From the NCBI GenBank assembly GCA_964016885.1, contig OZ024759.1, positions 36,518,001 to 36,582,000 of the forward strand: a DNA stretch of 64,000 nucleotides. The letters are read 5' to 3'. The stretch's first letter is position 1, and every line of letters starts with the position of its first letter. Source of the DNA: Eledone cirrhosa (taxonomy: Eukaryota). The notes below the pieces were generated by a model, which saw only the letters and a program-made list of their open reading frames with translations, made no database searches and was not told the origin of the DNA. This document shows, piece after piece, positions 61,301 through 64,000 of this stretch. The position numbers were made by a program, and so were the translations under genes.

Positions 61301-63932
61301 GGCTAAATGGTTTTGCTCAACGTGTGGTTTTTGTCCATACTGAGCTTGCCTTGGAACACCTGTGTTACCCTTTGACAGTCAAACTCCCCAACCAACTGTT
61401 CTCAACTAAGGATTGCACATCTGGTATTTTTATCATATTTGCACCTTTTTATTTTTTAACCATTTTGTTGTTTTTGTTTATAGTTTTTTCTTTTTTTTTT
61501 TCTTTTCTTTTCTTTTCTAGACTGACTATGATATGATAGATTACTTAAATGAACTGAGGGAAGGCTGTTTAGAAGCTTACACTGGCATTGTGCAAGGTTT
61601 GAAAGGAGATGCTGAGCAAATCAATCGTAAGTTTATACCTTTAGCCGTTACATTATTATATTTACTGAGAAAATTGCTGGCCTTGTGCCAAAAGTAGAAA
61701 CAATTATATTTTCATGGGAAAGTCTATCTCACATAATATGGAATCTACAACATTTTCATGTTATTTATTTTGGAAACAATATCTTAATGTAAGTATGAGT
61801 GAGCGGTTTGAATAGACAGGTGAGAGAATTCTGGTCAGATATGGCCAGTTTAAATAAATGCTAAAGGGTTAAACCTCATTCATGCCTTTTCGGGTGTTTT
61901 CTCAAATTGAATATAAAATTACAAAATAGAAATAATTTACCTACTTACATCTTAATGGGAAGAATGGTTTGGTACACAGGTTCTTAAATAAAATTAAATG
62001 GAAGGTGGTTTTTTTTTTATTTTTTTTTTTTTTTTACACTTGAACCCTTCTGTTGCCAAATTTCTAATTCAAGGGATTGCTTATGGTTTTCAAATGCTTT
62101 GGAAAATATTCAAGAATTTGGAGGTGGTGTAGTAATTATTATTAAGCTTGTGTTTAAAATATAACTTATTTTCATAAATAGAATTTTGATGGAATATTTA
62201 AAATCAAGTATAAACAACTGAAAATAAGCAGTTTTTTCTTTTCACAAATAATATACTTCCTTCCTGCTCACCACTATCGGGACACAGTTGGCCACCTACA
62301 GAATTGAACCTTGCAAATTGGAAAGGCTATTTCAACACGTCTCCCTTGCTACCCTCTAGGTTAATGCTTTCTCCATTCTGTCTGCTAAGACCACAAGGTA
62401 GCTTGTGCCTGGGGTTCTGCTTGCCAGAGAATGTTCTCTCACACCCTCTCGGTAGCATGGGTTAGACAAGTTGTCTTGTGAGCAATGCTAGGTCAGAGAT
62501 TCTGGCTTGGTTTCTATAGCGGGATACCCTTTCTAATGCCAACGTCGTCTTACTAATCTAGATACAAAAGTATATTCCCAGAGTTAAAACTAGGAGTGTT
62601 GGTATTTAACCAGATTGTGTACTCCAAGAATTACTTGTAATTTTCTGTGAATTGTTTTTGTCTTTCAGCTGATGTCAATCTCATTCAACCACATGTTGGA
62701 CACATGATCTCCTTTATAGAACATATAGCTCAAGATGAAGACCACAGCGATAGCAATATAGCAGCTTGTTGTGGTTTAATAGGGTAAGTTGACACATTTT
62801 GGGGGAGCTGTAATATAGATGTTTGTGGTTTGATCCTTTCATGGCCGCCGCATTTCTAATGAATTACATTTTAATTGATTAATGAAGAATTTTGAGATTC
62901 GCTGAAATTATTATTTCATAACTTAATGTAAGGTTCTTATATTGAATTATGTAGAAAGATTTTAACCCTTTAGCATTTAAACCGGCTGTATCCGGCCAGA
63001 ATTCTCACCTCTTTCTGTTCAACCAGCTGTAACCGGCAACTTATATTAAGGTATTGTTCTTAAAATAAATATCAATTTCAGATTCGATATGATGAGTTAT
63101 GTATGGTAAAACCTTTAATATGGAAATATATAGAGTAATGTAAATGTTAAAGTGTTAATTTAAATTGGAAACTTTTAAAATGGGTGATTTTTATTTCATA
63201 GAACCAGGGCCGTTTTTGGCTGGGTTGGTAAAAGGTTAAAATAAATAAACAGCAGAATCAAATATTGATGCACTTTCGTATCATTTTCTCTTGACAATAG
63301 AAATTTTACCTCTAAGTGATTTGCAACACTTCATGATCATAGAATAGAGGCTATGGAATATTCAACCGTTCATTAAAAATAAAGAACACAAAACAAAATC
63401 ATCGTTTAACGTTCATCTTCCACGCTAATATGGTTAGGACAGGCTGTCCCTTTGTGAGAGATCAGGTCAGGGGACCGTGATTCGCTCACATAGAACTGAT
63501 TTTGGCTTGGTTTCTACGGCTGGATGCCTCTCCTAATGCCAACCACATCAGTCTGTGCTGGGTGCTTTTTGATCACTTTTGGTAGAGGTTCGAATTTTAC
63601 TGAAAGTGCATTTCTGGGATGTTTCAATGTTGCCTTTACTTATTACTGGTTCATATCCCCTCGATGAAGGCCGCAGGCTAATTAGCAGAATTGTTAGATC
63701 GTTTGATATGATGCTTTGCTGTATTAATTACCAAATTTGACTGGATTTTTATTTTTTTTTGTCTTGCAGTGATCTCTGTGCTGCATTTGGTGCTGCCATG
63801 GTGCCATTTGTTGATAAGGAATCCATACAAGCTCTGTTAACGAAAGGTCGACGCTCTAAGGTATCTAAAGCGAAAACACTAGCAAGTTGGGCAACTAAGG
63901 AGATAAGGAAATTAAAGAATGCATCTTGGTAA
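33952..63932 (+). CDS. KPNB1: Importin subunit beta-1 (karyopherin beta 1), 23 coding exons, 876 aa + TG (whole-gene span)
   Basis: All 23 exons join in frame (2630 nt to 63928) and are colinear with importin beta from [12 protein letters not shown] through [15 protein letters not shown] to [16 protein letters not shown]. Confidence 0.97.
35206..35264 (+). CDS. KPNB1: KPNB1 exon 2
   Basis: [19 protein letters not shown]. Confidence 0.94.
36680..36863. mobile_element. Tc1/mariner-type MITE
   Basis: Inverted ends AGGGTGTATAACTTTTCA / TGAAAACTTATACACCCT. Confidence 0.65.
41810..42598. repeat. 51/53-bp satellite (TTGGTTCCCACAATAGTAGCTTGTGTATAACTT..), about 15 copies, inside a dispersed repeat
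   Basis: Tandem copies; single-unit relatives at 7375-7440 and 40985-41070(-). Confidence 0.93.
43576..43758 (+). CDS. KPNB1: KPNB1 exon 3
   Basis: [39 protein letters not shown]. Confidence 0.96.
43935..44430 (+). mobile_element. Old degenerate RTE LINE fragment
   Basis: [30 protein letters not shown] parallels copy A; frameshifted. Confidence 0.6.
44696..44896 (+). CDS. KPNB1: KPNB1 exon 4
   Basis: [39 protein letters not shown]. Confidence 0.97.
44881..45145. repeat. Five perfect 53-bp tandem copies spanning the KPNB1 exon 4 / intron 4 junction
   Basis: Units start at 44881, 44934, 44987, 45040 and 45093. Confidence 0.97.
45226..45302 (+). CDS. KPNB1: KPNB1 exon 5
   Basis: [25 protein letters not shown]. 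Confidence 0.95.
45522..45597 (+). CDS. KPNB1: KPNB1 exon 6
   Basis: [25 protein letters not shown]. Confidence 0.96.
46268..46327 (+). CDS. KPNB1: KPNB1 exon 7
   Basis: [20 protein letters not shown]. Confidence 0.96.
47273..47362 (+). CDS. KPNB1: KPNB1 exon 8
   Basis: [30 protein letters not shown]. Confidence 0.97.
48017..48127 (+). CDS. KPNB1: KPNB1 exon 9
   Basis: [37 protein letters not shown]. Confidence 0.97.
48613..48714 (+). CDS. KPNB1: KPNB1 exon 10
   Basis: [34 protein letters not shown]. Confidence 0.97.
48850..49418. mobile_element. Mariner-like MITE with a nested piggyBac-type MITE (about 49190-49378)
   Basis: Inverted ends AGGTTTGTCCCAAAAG..GTACTGAT / ATCAGTAC..CTTTTGGGACAAACCT. 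Confidence 0.7.
50936..51104 (+). CDS. KPNB1: KPNB1 exon 11 (acidic loop)
   Basis: [40 protein letters not shown]. Confidence 0.97.
52988..53232 (+). CDS. KPNB1: KPNB1 exon 12
   Basis: [35 protein letters not shown]. Confidence 0.97.
53305..53540. repeat. ~46-bp minisatellite (ATATTACTGGTACATCTATTACCTCCC..), 4-5 copies
   Basis: Tandem copies visible in the sequence. Confidence 0.85.
54093..54226 (+). CDS. KPNB1: KPNB1 exon 13
   Basis: [26 protein letters not shown]. Confidence 0.96.
55324..55399 (+). CDS. KPNB1: KPNB1 exon 14
   Basis: [25 protein letters not shown]. Confidence 0.96.
56397..56468 (+). CDS. KPNB1: KPNB1 exon 15
   Basis: [24 protein letters not shown]. Confidence 0.96.
57046..57117 (+). 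CDS. KPNB1: KPNB1 exon 16
   Basis: [24 protein letters not shown]. Confidence 0.97.
58140..58287 (+). CDS. KPNB1: KPNB1 exon 17
   Basis: [32 protein letters not shown]. Confidence 0.97.
59162..59244 (+). CDS. KPNB1: KPNB1 exon 18
   Basis: [27 protein letters not shown]. Confidence 0.96.
59776..59883 (+). CDS. KPNB1: KPNB1 exon 19
   Basis: [36 protein letters not shown]. Confidence 0.96.
60883..61026 (+). CDS. KPNB1: KPNB1 exon 20
   Basis: [38 protein letters not shown]. Confidence 0.97.
61521..61626 (+). CDS. KPNB1: KPNB1 exon 21
   Basis: [30 protein letters not shown]. Confidence 0.97.
62669..62783 (+). CDS. KPNB1: KPNB1 exon 22
   Basis: [37 protein letters not shown]. Confidence 0.96.
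63770..63932 (+). CDS. KPNB1: KPNB1 exon 23 (ends at 63928 if TG|GTAAGT is spliced, or at TAA 63932 if read through)
   Basis: [34 protein letters not shown]. Confidence 0.94.
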
Positions 63933-63955
63933 GTTATTATTTTGAAATAATCCTG

Positions 63956-63994
<39 letters not shown>

Positions 63995-64000
63995 CACTCA

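Overview
AT-rich, microsatellite- and transposon-dense animal genomic DNA. The SINE, LINE and MITE repertoire suggests an octopod cephalopod, which is an inference. I rebuilt two spliced genes by hand on the + strand. The first is a complete 13-exon DNA primase small subunit gene (PRIM1, 7014-29636, 406 aa) whose intron 7 is a minor-spliceosome AT-AC intron. The second is importin beta-1 (KPNB1, 33952-63928/63932, 23 coding exons, 876-877 aa). Introns and flanks hold a CR1-type RT fragment with an intact ORF, an inverted pair of RTE LINE fragments, tRNA-derived SINEs, piggyBac/hAT/Tc1-type MITEs and several satellites. The best leads are: hammerhead-ribozyme motifs of two families, including a fold-back pair with the U3-A8 core variant in PRIM1 intron 4; a fivefold tandem duplication of a KPNB1 splice donor; and reverse-complementary MITE-derived arrays bracketing an in-frame block of PRIM1 exons 3-8. 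Most entries in the ORF track are repeat artefacts. No search or folding program was run, so homology calls rest on recalled motifs.
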